Source: a virus (lineage: Duplodnaviria > Heunggongvirae > Uroviricota > Caudoviricetes). Taken from it: a DNA stretch of 64,000 nt. This document shows, in pieces, positions 52,068-62,900 of the stretch; the stretch's first letter is position 1, and each line of letters starts with the position of its first letter. The translations under genes were made by a program, and so were the position numbers. The notes below the pieces were generated by a model. It had not been told where the DNA came from, did no database searches, and worked only from the letters and a program-made list of their open reading frames with translations. Where the stretch lies: the IMG/VR virus record IMGVR_UViG_3300045988_150638; one strand, given 5' to 3'.

Positions 52068-52949
52068 ATGCTTTTACCCCTTTTCCCGCTACCATCGCGG
52101 CCAACTGAATTAATCCAGTTCCGTCAGCCAAATATTGCTGATGCGATGCGTTTCAACTCGATAACACCGGAGGAACAAGAACAACAGACAACGGCGTATT
52201 TAAAAGCCTTGCTGGCTGAAGCTGCGAAACATGATCCACTGAAATGGACGGCACAGGACCGGATTACCGCGTTATGGTGGATATTTACTGGCTCCCGCGA
52301 AACACCGATCGAGACATTTACCTACACCTGTAAACATTGCGGTAAAGAGCATTATTACGATTGCGATATGAATGCTCTGGCTGAAGATATCCAGGTCCTG
52401 GAAGTGGAACCGTTCATTGACGATATTGAGGTGTCTGTAGAGGGCGTGCCTTATCAATGGCGTATCGTGCCGCTTGATGGTTGGGCAATGGAAATGCTGG
52501 AGATGCGCCGAGCAGCATTGCCACCTGAAGACGACGCGGAATTCAAAGAAGCGATCGTTGATTTGCGTTTTTGGGAATTCGCTTATCAGTGTGAACTTTA
52601 TAACGATGTTAGCGGTACTCGTGAAGAGCAGGCTGAGCGTCGTTATGAAACGATCAAACGGATGGCCATTGATACTGAATTTATGAAGCTGGCGGCACAC
52701 ATCCGGCTGGCTCATGAAAAGCTCGAACATGGTTTACCGTGCTACATCGATAAAGGCGAAATGCGTCTTCGTCTCCCGCCGCACAAATGCCCAAACCAGG
52801 ATACAAAGGAGTCCACAGAGGGTGCGTATACCCGTCTGTGGGTGCCCTTTCGGGCTACCGACTTCATTCCACAGGTGGGGATTGAAAAGCTATCAGACCT
52901 TAGTGTCCAACCTGGTTTTGTATGGGGGTATACCGATTCAGGACGCTGA
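52068..52949 (+). CDS. hypothetical late protein with CxxC...CxxC motif
   Basis: 293 aa; YTCKHCGKEHYYDCD; in operon. Confidence 0.45.
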   Translation: MLLPLFPLPSRPTELIQFRQPNIADAMRFNSITPEEQEQQTTAYLKALLAEAAKHDPLKWTAQDRITALWWIFTGSRETPIETFTYTCKHCGKEHYYDCDMNALAEDIQVLEVEPFIDDIEVSVEGVPYQWRIVPLDGWAMEMLEMRRAALPPEDDAEFKEAIVDLRFWEFAYQCELYNDVSGTREEQAERRYETIKRMAIDTEFMKLAAHIRLAHEKLEHGLPCYIDKGEMRLRLPPHKCPNQDTKESTEGAYTRLWVPFRATDFIPQVGIEKLSDLSVQPGFVWGYTDSGR

Positions 52950-53030
52950 AAGGCTTACTGAATCCTATGCGTTTTTCCTGTTGGAGAAACTGGAAGAAAA
53001 ACTTAAACCGAAACGGTAGGCGATAAGATC

Positions 53031-56000
53031 ATGGAAAGAAAAAACGCCAATATTGACGACGTTATAAGGACAGTTGAAACCGCCAGCGCGAAAGAGCTGG
53101 AAGAGCTTGCAGGTATTCGGGAAGCTGTTGAAGACTTGAAAGGGGAACGAGTTGCAACTGTTGATCCTGTCTCTCGCAGTGTGTCGGCATTAAATCGCAC
53201 AATCGAAAATTCACGTCCTGACTTTGTGACCAATGCGCCATCAGTGGACTCTATTGTTGACGCAATGAAACGGCTTAATTTAGGGGACGTTTCTCGTATA
53301 CGGGAGGACAAAGTCAATAACCGTGAACAGCAGGCTGCACCAACAGCGCACAATCCCCCAAATAGACGAAGAGAGGCAATAACAGAGGATGTTAAAGCAC
53401 AGCGGTTAGAAACGGTCAAACTCGCTCGTGATTTGAAAGGGGAACGCGTTGCAACGGTTGACCCAGTATCTCGCAGTGTGTCGGCATTAAATCGAACAAT
53501 CGAAAATTCCCGGCCAGACTTTGTGGCCAATGCGCCATCAGTAGACCCTATTGTTGACGCAATGAAACGGCTTAATTTAGGGGACGTTTCTCGTGTAGTT
53601 CAGGAGGGCATTGCTCAACAGGAACAGCAGGCCAAATCAACTACACCAAAGGGTAAAAAACGACGCAGGAAGGCTATACCAGAGGATATAAAGGCACAAC
53701 GGACCGTAGCAGCCGAACACGCTCGCGAAATGTTCGATCAAAAAGGCGGTGCGCAAAAAAGCCAAAACCAACGCGATGCGCGTGGTCGTTTTATTGGAAA
53801 GTCAGGGAGTAAGGCCGCAGCGGAAGATGCCCGTGCTGAACGTGCTGAAAAGGCCAGGCGCAAAGAGGATGATGAGCGTCTAAATGCTGAATCAGGTTTA
53901 TTAAAAAAACTGTCAAAAGTAGCTGAAGGCATAGGTAACCCTTCAGAGACTCGTGCCGTCGATGCGTTAGGTTATGCCGTTGCTGGTCCATTGTGGGCAG
54001 CAGGGAAGGAGCTTGGCGGGATATCAAAAGAAGTTGGTGGATCGCTTAATGGTGCCAGAAAGTCTATTGCCGATGTGATTCGTGGCAATGACGATAACAG
54101 CCGTAGAAAAGGTTTTTTTAGGCGTAAATCGCAAAATAGTGCCGATGTCGTTCAGGTTAACACCCAAAAACGGACGGTTCAGGAACTTCAGGAGCAGACC
54201 AGCGAAATTAAAGAGGGCAATGACAAGATCCTCAGCGCCCTTGATCAGATAGCCAAAAACACCGGGAAAAAGAAGGGCGGCTTGCTGTCCAAACTATTTA
54301 GCCTGTTAGGGAAGGGGGCCGGTGGCGTCGCGTCGTTGTTAATGGGACGTGGCATGCTGAAAAAAGCTGGAGCACTCGCTTTTGGCGCTCTGGGGGTAAA
54401 GAAACTTGTAGGAATGCTACGCGGTGGTGGCAAGAAGACTATCGCCCATGAAGGTGGAGATTTGGCTGCCCGGGCAGCAGGTAAATTTGGATTAAAGGCA
54501 GTTGGTAAAGGGGCGTTACGCGCAATTCCCTTAGTCGGCACAGTGGCTGGAGGTATTTATGATGCGGTAACCGGTTGGAATGATACAGAAGCGCAACGTC
54601 GAGCGTTTGGGCTTAAATCAGGACAAGATCCATCATTCCAGCAAAAAGCCGCTTATACGTTAGCCAATGTTCTTGATATGGGGGGACTGGTATCTGGTAT
54701 TAGCAGCGCCATTGGTGAGGTTCTCAAATCACTTGGATTTGAGGATATCGGCAATATGTTGCAATCATTTTCGACGGAAAGTATTGCCCAGGCCATTGAT
54801 AGTGGGATTACCAACTTAGAAACATATATTTCTAACCTTGGCGACACCATTTCTACCAAGTTCGAAGATTACACAGCAAAGATTGGTGATGCTGTTTCAG
54901 CATGGTTTAGCGATACATCTAATAAGCTGCTTGAAAAGCTGGATGCCATCAAAGACTTCTTTACTGTTGATAACCTGAAACAGGTTTTCAGTGATGCAAT
55001 TGATAGTGCAATTGATTTCATTAAGAACCCAGGGAAACACATTAAAGAGGCGGCTGGTAATATTTGGGATGGGGTTAAAAATTTACCTGGTAAAGCATTA
55101 GATGCAGCGGTTGATGCCGTTAAAAATACCCCTGCGGCAATGATTGTATCAAAAATACCCAATCCGATCGGCGAGGCTAATGCGAAAGAAATCACTCCAG
55201 AGTTAAAAGCTCCGGTTAATAGCGAGGCTAATGCGAAAGAAATCGCTCCAGAGTTAAAAGCTCCGGTTAATAGCCACCAGGAGACATCTGATTCTAAAAC
55301 TGAATCCGATGCCAAACAGACTAATATTGTTACCCGCGTGATAAATGCGGCACTGGACACGGCGAAAGATAGCAATGAAACAGTTAAAGAAACTGCGAAT
55401 CAGATTATCAATGCAAATGCCGTAGAAACGGGCAATAGCGCGTTGCAGAAAATTGATAAAGCTATTGGTCAAAATAGCTCGTCATCATCGTCGCTTAATA
55501 CCACTGGCACCAGGAATGACATTCAGAAAGCTGCGGATACCTACAACAATGGCCGCTTGGATGTAAAAGTCGGAAGTCTTGGATCTGAAGGTAAGGCAAA
55601 TCTCGATAAGTTGGCTCCGTATTTTGCTGAACTAGAGAATAAATATGGTCTTCCAGAAGGCACTCTTTACGCGATTGCTGCAACTGAATCTGGTGGTAAT
55701 CCGTATGCAAAATCCCAAACCGGTGCTCTGGGAATGTTTCAGTTCACGGGGATTGCTCGTGAAGAGACTGGCTTAGCTGAAGGTGAATCGTTTGATCCTG
55801 TGAAATCGGCAGAAGCTGCGGCTCTTCTCATGAGCAAGTATCTGAAGCAAGCCAATGGAGACTTAAACGAGGCCATCACTGCATATAACGCTGGGTTTGG
55901 CACTATCAATAAGTGGAAAAAAGGCACAGGTGACTTATCGAAAGAAAACCGTGAGTACGCGATCAAGGTCAATACTCATCGTGCTCGCTATTTAGGTGGT

Positions 56001-56771
56001 GAAATCTATACACCTGGAGCAGGAGCACAGGGTGGGGCGCAATATGGAGTGAGGGGACCACTGCCTGATAACGCTGTTATCGATCAGTCTACTGGCCTGG
56101 CGTTTACCCCTGGTGATAGCCCGTTTGAGAAAGGCGGTCTGGTAGACAAAATCGGCAATGCTGTTGGCGTTAACGATCTGGTCAACAAATTCATGAATGG
56201 CCGGGGTATGCGTCGGGAAGTCGTTCAGGGAACGCTCGAAGAACGTGCACGAGGGAAGGGGACCGCAACAGCAGCTGGCAATGTGTATGTTGATATTCCG
56301 ATGCCAGTTGAAGAGGCGCGTCCGGTGGCCAGCAACTCAAGTTACTTTGACCAACTCGGCGCACAAATGGGGATTGATGGACTATTCGATAAACTCCGCA
56401 ACTCGCCGGGGATGCGGAAAAATAATGTGCCTGAACCAGCCTCCACGTCCAAGGTGACGACTGCCGCCAACGATTTGCAGCAACCAACCGGTCGTATGCA
56501 GATAGACGGGCAGGTTATTAGTGACCTTGGCGGTTCCGGTGCCAAGCCGACAATGCAGTTGGCTGATAATACCGTTTCACTTGATGGTGAAACGAAGCGG
56601 CTGTTTGCGCAGATGACCTCATTGCTTGCCAGGATTGAAGAGCACACCAAAGACTCGGCGAAAGGCCAGGGAACTGTCGTAAAGGTCAGCACGCCTCAGC
56701 CGGGCGTTATGCGCACGGTACCACTGTCAATTGATGATCCGTTGATGAATGACTACGCGAGAGTTGATTGA
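53031..56771 (+). CDS. sit: Sit-like tape-measure / injection protein with soluble lytic transglycosylase domain
   Basis: 1246 aa; SLT motif AIAATESGGNPYAKSQTGALGMFQF...AYNAG; Gly-rich TM-like segments; internal tandem repeats. Confidence 0.8.
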   Translation: MERKNANIDDVIRTVETASAKELEELAGIREAVEDLKGERVATVDPVSRSVSALNRTIENSRPDFVTNAPSVDSIVDAMKRLNLGDVSRIREDKVNNREQQAAPTAHNPPNRRREAITEDVKAQRLETVKLARDLKGERVATVDPVSRSVSALNRTIENSRPDFVANAPSVDPIVDAMKRLNLGDVSRVVQEGIAQQEQQAKSTTPKGKKRRRKAIPEDIKAQRTVAAEHAREMFDQKGGAQKSQNQRDARGRFIGKSGSKAAAEDARAERAEKARRKEDDERLNAESGLLKKLSKVAEGIGNPSETRAVDALGYAVAGPLWAAGKELGGISKEVGGSLNGARKSIADVIRGNDDNSRRKGFFRRKSQNSADVVQVNTQKRTVQELQEQTSEIKEGNDKILSALDQIAKNTGKKKGGLLSKLFSLLGKGAGGVASLLMGRGMLKKAGALAFGALGVKKLVGMLRGGGKKTIAHEGGDLAARAAGKFGLKAVGKGALRAIPLVGTVAGGIYDAVTGWNDTEAQRRAFGLKSGQDPSFQQKAAYTLANVLDMGGLVSGISSAIGEVLKSLGFEDIGNMLQSFSTESIAQAIDSGITNLETYISNLGDTISTKFEDYTAKIGDAVSAWFSDTSNKLLEKLDAIKDFFTVDNLKQVFSDAIDSAIDFIKNPGKHIKEAAGNIWDGVKNLPGKALDAAVDAVKNTPAAMIVSKIPNPIGEANAKEITPELKAPVNSEANAKEIAPELKAPVNSHQETSDSKTESDAKQTNIVTRVINAALDTAKDSNETVKETANQIINANAVETGNSALQKIDKAIGQNSSSSSSLNTTGTRNDIQKAADTYNNGRLDVKVGSLGSEGKANLDKLAPYFAELENKYGLPEGTLYAIAATESGGNPYAKSQTGALGMFQFTGIAREETGLAEGESFDPVKSAEAAALLMSKYLKQANGDLNEAITAYNAGFGTINKWKKGTGDLSKENREYAIKVNTHRARYLGGEIYTPGAGAQGGAQYGVRGPLPDNAVIDQSTGLAFTPGDSPFEKGGLVDKIGNAVGVNDLVNKFMNGRGMRREVVQGTLEERARGKGTATAAGNVYVDIPMPVEEARPVASNSSYFDQLGAQMGIDGLFDKLRNSPGMRKNNVPEPASTSKVTTAANDLQQPTGRMQIDGQVISDLGGSGAKPTMQLADNTVSLDGETKRLFAQMTSLLARIEEHTKDSAKGQGTVVKVSTPQPGVMRTVPLSIDDPLMNDYARVD

Positions 56772-57127
56772 TGGCCAACAATAACGAAATTGATCCTTTG
56801 CTGACGCTGGAGTTATCCGGCGTAAAAACGTATGAGTCCCAGGAGGAGGCCTGGGGCGCTCGTTTATATGAGTGGCTAAACACTTATCAGGGTGAGGTAT
56901 ACGGAGATCCGTCATGGGGCAATGTTTTACCGCAGTTTAAACACGAACCGACCAACTTGTCGCATGTTCAAATTGCGGTTGAGGCAATGCTGTTGCAAAA
57001 ACTGACGGTAGATTTACCTGACATACCGATTTCTGGCTTGTCAGTAGCCGAGGGAGATGCTTTTGATAAGTTGAAAATATCCATTCGTATCAGGGATATA
57101 ACTATCACACAGGACGTGGTGCTATGA
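56768..57127 (+). CDS. putative baseplate wedge protein (GPW/gp25-like)
   Basis: 119 aa, size and position after the tape measure; weak sequence resemblance. Confidence 0.35.
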   Translation: MMANNNEIDPLLTLELSGVKTYESQEEAWGARLYEWLNTYQGEVYGDPSWGNVLPQFKHEPTNLSHVQIAVEAMLLQKLTVDLPDIPISGLSVAEGDAFDKLKISIRIRDITITQDVVL

Positions 57128-58557
57128 GTAAAACAACACCGACTAAAGACAGTATTCGTGCAGAGTTTGAAGAGCTTGTCGAGAAAGATTCATTCTGGTC
57201 GAAGTTTGTCGGCTCTCAATTTGTCTCGATGCTGACATTGTTTATTACCCAGATTGTCTACAGGTGCTTTCAGTATGCCGATGCGGCGCTGGCTGAAGGC
57301 TTTATATCGACCGCGACGCGGCGTTCCTCTATCCTGGCAGCGGCAGAAACGAATAGTTACGTTGGTACCAAGCCAACACCGTCATCGGGGATGATTGAGA
57401 TCACCGCCACAAGTGAAGATGCCCCAGCGGTAATCCCCAAAAACATGCCTTTAATATCTGACGACCAGTACCCTTACATGACTATGGATGTATGCAGGTT
57501 GGTTGACGGCACCGGTACGGTAGAAGTGGCACAGTTGGAAATCCAGGAGGTGACATATACCGTTACGGCAGCCAAAGAATTTCTGGAAGTCGTGTTATCA
57601 AAGGCTCTTACTGCTGTCTGCTATAAGCTGGAAGTATTCGTGACGACCGATGGTAAGACCACGCAGTGGTCTTCCAGCACTATGTTCCGGTTAGCCGGTA
57701 GTAAAAGCCAGGTCTACGTTGAGTTTTATAAACCATCCGAGCAGTTGGGGGTTCGATTCGGCGATGGGCTAATTGGGCAAATACCGCCAGAAGGTTCGAC
57801 AATTACGCTTAAGGTATGGTGCACCAACGGCGATATAACCCTGGTTGCTGGCCAAAACCTGACGCCTGTCGATTCTGCGGCTAATTTAGCTAATTTGATT
57901 TCAGTTAAGACAACGACACCTATAACCGCAGGTACCGATGCTGAAACAACGGAGATCACACGTAACCGTGCACAATATTACCTTGCCTATGATGATCAGG
58001 TCGTATGGGGCGGGGACTATACGTATTTTCTGGTTCGTAACATCCCGGGGCTGTCCTGGGTAAAGGCATGGGGCGAAGGCCAGCAAGAGAAATTAGATGG
58101 TGCTTATAATGTTCAGAATATCAATAAGATATTTATTTCAGGATGGCATCCAAATAAAAGCCAGTCAGAGCTTGAAGAAATGATCCTGACTGCCTTTAAG
58201 AAGGTACCGAATGAACTGAACAAGAAATTCTCTTATAAAGAGGTCAGAAAACTACCATTTAAGATAACCATCACCGGGCGGATATCGGCAAGCCTGACTA
58301 TTGAGAACGTGACTGATGAGTTGAAGTCGGCACTGGAAACAAAATTTGGGCGCGACTCAAATTTCTTTGATCCGAACGGTGTCGGCAAGTACATCCTGAT
58401 CAAGAAAAAAGACGTTTGGGCATTTATCGAAACGCTGGGTTATTTCCGCGACTTTTATCTGGAATTTGTCGAGTGGAATGAGTCCAACGGCTTTTACGAT
58501 TTCGTTTATCTGGATACAGAAAACTCCACCTTTAATATTTCGTATGAGGAGGAGTGA
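57124..58557 (+). CDS. putative baseplate protein (J/gp6-like position)
   Basis: 477 aa, coupled to neighbours; size and position only. Confidence 0.35.
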   Translation: MSKTTPTKDSIRAEFEELVEKDSFWSKFVGSQFVSMLTLFITQIVYRCFQYADAALAEGFISTATRRSSILAAAETNSYVGTKPTPSSGMIEITATSEDAPAVIPKNMPLISDDQYPYMTMDVCRLVDGTGTVEVAQLEIQEVTYTVTAAKEFLEVVLSKALTAVCYKLEVFVTTDGKTTQWSSSTMFRLAGSKSQVYVEFYKPSEQLGVRFGDGLIGQIPPEGSTITLKVWCTNGDITLVAGQNLTPVDSAANLANLISVKTTTPITAGTDAETTEITRNRAQYYLAYDDQVVWGGDYTYFLVRNIPGLSWVKAWGEGQQEKLDGAYNVQNINKIFISGWHPNKSQSELEEMILTAFKKVPNELNKKFSYKEVRKLPFKITITGRISASLTIENVTDELKSALETKFGRDSNFFDPNGVGKYILIKKKDVWAFIETLGYFRDFYLEFVEWNESNGFYDFVYLDTENSTFNISYEEE

Positions 58558-59393
58558 TGCAACGTTCCTGGTTTAATAATCGGCTTACATCAGCTAAGCA
58601 AAAGTCATTGCTCTATAAATCATTGGCTGATTTGGTTCAGTCAATGATGGACACCTTTGTTGACCCATGGTTGGAGCGAATTACCAACCGGAAGTCTATT
58701 TTTTCCATGAGCAAGGAGGATCTGGAGACCAGGACAAATGAACTTGGCCAGTTCTTTACTATCAGAACCTCAAACTCATCTTCCGTTCCGATGTTGTTAC
58801 AACAGCGGCTTGATGAGATTCACTTTAAGGGGACTGAACGCCCTATAAACCAGACAATTTACCGCGAATTTAATGGTATTTCTGTTTTATGGGATCCGAT
58901 ATATGCACCGGTGGACCTTGAACGTCATCCCTATGGCACAGTTCTAATACCAGAAAGCACACTGGAAACTACCGGCGGCACATTCGGTGAGATGTTTCTG
59001 ACTTCCAGAGGGATGATCAGTATTCCCATAAACGACCTGGCCCGGACAATGGGTATTACTGGCACGATAGATCAGTCCGCAATTACAGAAGAAATTCTCA
59101 GAAAGTTTAATCAGTTCGTAAAGCCTCTACTGCCACTGCATATAGTGTTTGATGGGCTTACGCTCTATTTGTCGGTTGTTGTGAATGAACAGGCCGACAT
59201 GATCACTTTGAACGAGATTTCTGATACCGAAAAAGCGTACTGCTGGTTTGAAACTTCGGATACAACTTCGCTTACTGGAGTTACGTCGATTAGCGCCCCG
59301 ATCACCGCAACGCCTGGTGGCACTATTGTGAAAGCGACACCTACGTTTGATCGCACACGCGCAGATGATTTGTTGCTGGATAGCGACGCCTGA
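58554..59393 (+). CDS. putative baseplate/tail-fiber attachment protein
   Basis: 279-aa ORF overlapping the upstream stop. Confidence 0.35.
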   Translation: MMQRSWFNNRLTSAKQKSLLYKSLADLVQSMMDTFVDPWLERITNRKSIFSMSKEDLETRTNELGQFFTIRTSNSSSVPMLLQQRLDEIHFKGTERPINQTIYREFNGISVLWDPIYAPVDLERHPYGTVLIPESTLETTGGTFGEMFLTSRGMISIPINDLARTMGITGTIDQSAITEEILRKFNQFVKPLLPLHIVFDGLTLYLSVVVNEQADMITLNEISDTEKAYCWFETSDTTSLTGVTSISAPITATPGGTIVKATPTFDRTRADDLLLDSDA

Positions 59394-59423
59394 CAATCAC
59401 CCCGTCCGCAGGGCGGGGTGACA

Positions 59424-59441
59424 AGTTACTTCTCTTACAAT
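59424..59441 (+). promoter_or_regulatory. candidate late promoter variant: AGTTACT-N5-TACAAT
   Basis: One mismatch to the shared upstream element; preceded by an 11-bp hairpin (59395..59419). Confidence 0.3.
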
Positions 59442-59471
59442 GAGGCTTCACAACATTGATTAGGGAAAATC

Positions 59472-59906
59472 ATGTCTGACGTCTCAACAAACCTCTATAA
59501 GAGTCAGTTGTTGGACTATTACTATCAGCGGCGCGCTGAATCGTCCATTAACAAAGGCTCTCGATTTTTAATCAGCAAGGCCGTTTTCGGTACCAGTTCA
59601 CTGGTTACTAAGAAAGGAGATGGCACTTATGAGATTGGAGAACTGCCAAAGGCTTTCGAGCTGGCAGAACTGACCAGTAAATTTTGCACCATCAACCTCG
59701 TCCCAACCTACTCAGGCGGGATAATTACTGTCCGAATGGACCTTGATCAAAGCCAGTTGCAGAAAGGGAAAAACTACCCATTCAACACTCTGGTTGTTCT
59801 GGATAACGAGAACAAGCCAATCGCCATTATTTGTGTCCAGGAAGACTCGCTGTATGTGGGCAAAACATATACCGCAGTTATGGCCATAAACACGACTACA
59901 GCATAA
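59472..59906 (+). CDS. hypothetical tail-fiber operon protein (R-like position)
   Basis: 144-aa ORF immediately upstream of the tail-fiber gene. Confidence 0.4.
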   Translation: MSDVSTNLYKSQLLDYYYQRRAESSINKGSRFLISKAVFGTSSLVTKKGDGTYEIGELPKAFELAELTSKFCTINLVPTYSGGIITVRMDLDQSQLQKGKNYPFNTLVVLDNENKPIAIICVQEDSLYVGKTYTAVMAINTTTA

Positions 59907-59917
59907 GGATATGCTTG

Positions 59918-62900
59918 ATGAATGACGTTACAGTTGTCACATCGGTTACTTACCCATCACCCGAGTCGTTGGCTCTGGTGGCTGATGTGCAATACCACGA
60001 ACCATATCTGTCAGCCGCGCTAAACCGAAAATTCAGGGGAATTGTTGACCCTGGATTTTATGCCGGTTTTTTTCCTAAGCCTGGCGGTGGGATGAACCTG
60101 TTAATCACCTCAGTGGATGGTGATAAAACCGCTGGCGCGGCGTCAGTGAATATTGGTGAATTCTACCAGGTAACTATTCAGCAGCGTAAGGATATTTCTC
60201 TTGCACTTAGCGCAGGTAAGAAATATGCAATTGTGCTGAAGGGAAGATACCTCCTTGGAGAAGATTCTTATCAGGTTAATACCGCGTCACATATTCATGC
60301 GGCTGAATTTGTTGCCAGAACCTATACCGATTCATATCAGTTAGGAGATGGGGAACTGCTTGTTTGTACGGTGAATATCCCTGCTGGCGTATCTGCTATT
60401 ACTAAGGAAATGATAGATGTATCCGACCGCATCGATCTCGCGATAGGCATTGAAATTTCCGACTCTGTAAACAGTACCAGAAGTGATGTCGCTGCAAGTT
60501 CGCTGGCGGTTAAAAAAGCCTACGATCTGGCTAAAAGCAAGTATACGGCGCAGGATGCAAGCACAACACAAAAGGGATTAGTTCAGCTCAGTAGCGCAAC
60601 TAACAGCGACAGCGAAACAATGGCGGCTACCCCTAAAGCCGTTAAGTCTGTAAAAGAGCTGGCTGATACCAAAGCGCCAATAGAAAGCCCGAGTCTGACA
60701 GGAACGCCAACCGCGCCGACGGCAGCGCAAGGTACAAACAGCACGCAGATCGCAAATACAGCCTTTGTTAAGGCAGCTATAACGGCACTTATCAACGGTG
60801 CACCTGGCACACTGGATACGCTTAAAGAAATAGCGGCTGCGATCAATAACGACCCGAATTTCAGCACAACTATCAACAATGCTCTGGCTCTTAAAGCTCC
60901 TTTAGCAAGTCCTGCATTAACGGGAATACCTACTGCGCCTACCGCTGCACAGGGTACGAATAACACGCAGATTGCTACGACCGCTTATGTAAGAGCTGCT
61001 ATCTCTGCATTGGTCGGCTCATCACCTGAAGCTCTTGATACCCTGAATGAGCTTGCAGCAGCACTGGGCAATGACCCGAACTTTGCGACAACAATGACAA
61101 ATGCGCTGGCAGGCAAACAGCCACTTGATGCAACTTTAACCGCGCTTGCTGGTCTTGCGACAGGCGCAAATAAATTGCCGTACTTTACCGGTACAGACAC
61201 TGTTTCTCAGACTGACTTAACGTCAGTCGGTCGCGATATTCTGGCCAAAACAAGCGTTCTTGCTGTTATCCAATACCTTGGTTTAAGAGAACTCGGTACC
61301 AGTGGTGAAAAGATCCCCCTGTTGAGCACGGCTAACACATGGAGTGCGCGCCAGACTTTCAACGGAGGGATCACCGGGGCGCTGACAGGGAACGCCGACA
61401 CCGCGACGAAATTGAAAACAGCACGCACGATTGGCGGTGTGGCATTTGATGGCTCGGGCAATATCAATCTTCCAGGTGTAAATATAACAGGTAACCAGAA
61501 CACCACGGGGAATGCTGCTACCGCTACAAAACTACAGACGGCAAGAACTATCGGCGGAGTTAGCTTTGATGGTACTGCGAATATTAATTTACCTGGTGTT
61601 AACGTTGCGGGTAATCAGAATACATCCGGTAACGCGGCTACAGCGACCAAGTTACAAACCGCGAGAACTATAAATGGGGTGTCGTTTGACGGTTCTAAAA
61701 ACATTGAGCTAACTCCAAGGTCTATAGGCACGATCAACTCTACAACCATGTCTTTTATTGGTGGTGCAGGATGGTTCAAGCTGGCAACTGTAACCATGCC
61801 ACAGGCCAGTTCCGTGGTTTACATAAGTCTGATTGGTAGTTCTGGATATAATGTTAACTCCCCTATGCAGGCTGGTATATCTGAACTTGTTCTTCGTGCG
61901 GGAAATGGGAATCCAAAAGGTCTTACTGGTGCGTTATGGCGACGGACATCGGTTGGATTTACTAATTTTGCATGGGTGAATACATCCGGTGATACCTATG
62001 ATGTTTATGTTGAAATAGGTAATTACGCCACTGGTGTAAATATCCAGTGGGATTATACCAGTAACGCCAGCGTAACGATTCATACATCACCAAATTACAC
62101 AGTAGATAAACCAACTGGTCTTACTGATGGAACGGTATATGTCATTTACAGTTCGCACATTAAACCGACCGCCACGGATGTCGGCGCATTACCAATAACC
62201 GGAGGAAATCTCAACGGCGGTTTAACGGCTACTGGTGAGATCGTTTCAAGATATGCAAATGGTTTCCGCATTGCCTATGGAAGCTACGGATTCTTTATCC
62301 GAAACGATGGTTCAAACACATATTTCATGTTGACCAATTCGGGTAACAGCCTGGGAACCTATAATAATTTAAGGCCGCTTATCATTAACAATGCCAATGG
62401 TACTGTTACGATCGGTAATGGGCTCGATGTTACTGGCGGCATCAATGGTAGTTTGAACGGCAATGCTTCAACGGCTACGAAGTTGCAAACTGCTAGAAAA
62501 ATAAGCGGCGTGTCTTTTGATGGTTCTGCTGATATAACACTAACAGCTGAAAATGTATCTGCTTTTGCTCTACGCGCTACTGGAACTTATGCCGATACTA
62601 GTGGTGCGGTTCCGTGGAATGCCGAATCAGGTGCGTATAATGTTACACGCTCCGGGGATTCTTATATCGTTGCAAATTTTTATACAGGCGTAGGTAGTTG
62701 TCGGACTCTCCAAATCCGAGCGCACCATAAAAATGGTGGATTGTATTACCGTTCATCACGTGATGGCTATGGGTTCGAAGAGGGCTGGGCTCAGATATAT
62801 ACTAAAAAAGACAGCATCCCTGGTGTGAATACAACTGGTAATCAGAACACTACTGGCAATGCTGCAACTGCAACAAAACTGCAAACAGCACGCACAATAG

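Noticed and set aside
53003-55972. Minus-strand ORFs inside the sit gene (53003..53530, 54869..55375 and others)
   Set aside because: Antisense to a strongly supported 1246-aa gene with a transglycosylase domain; they mirror its internal repeats.
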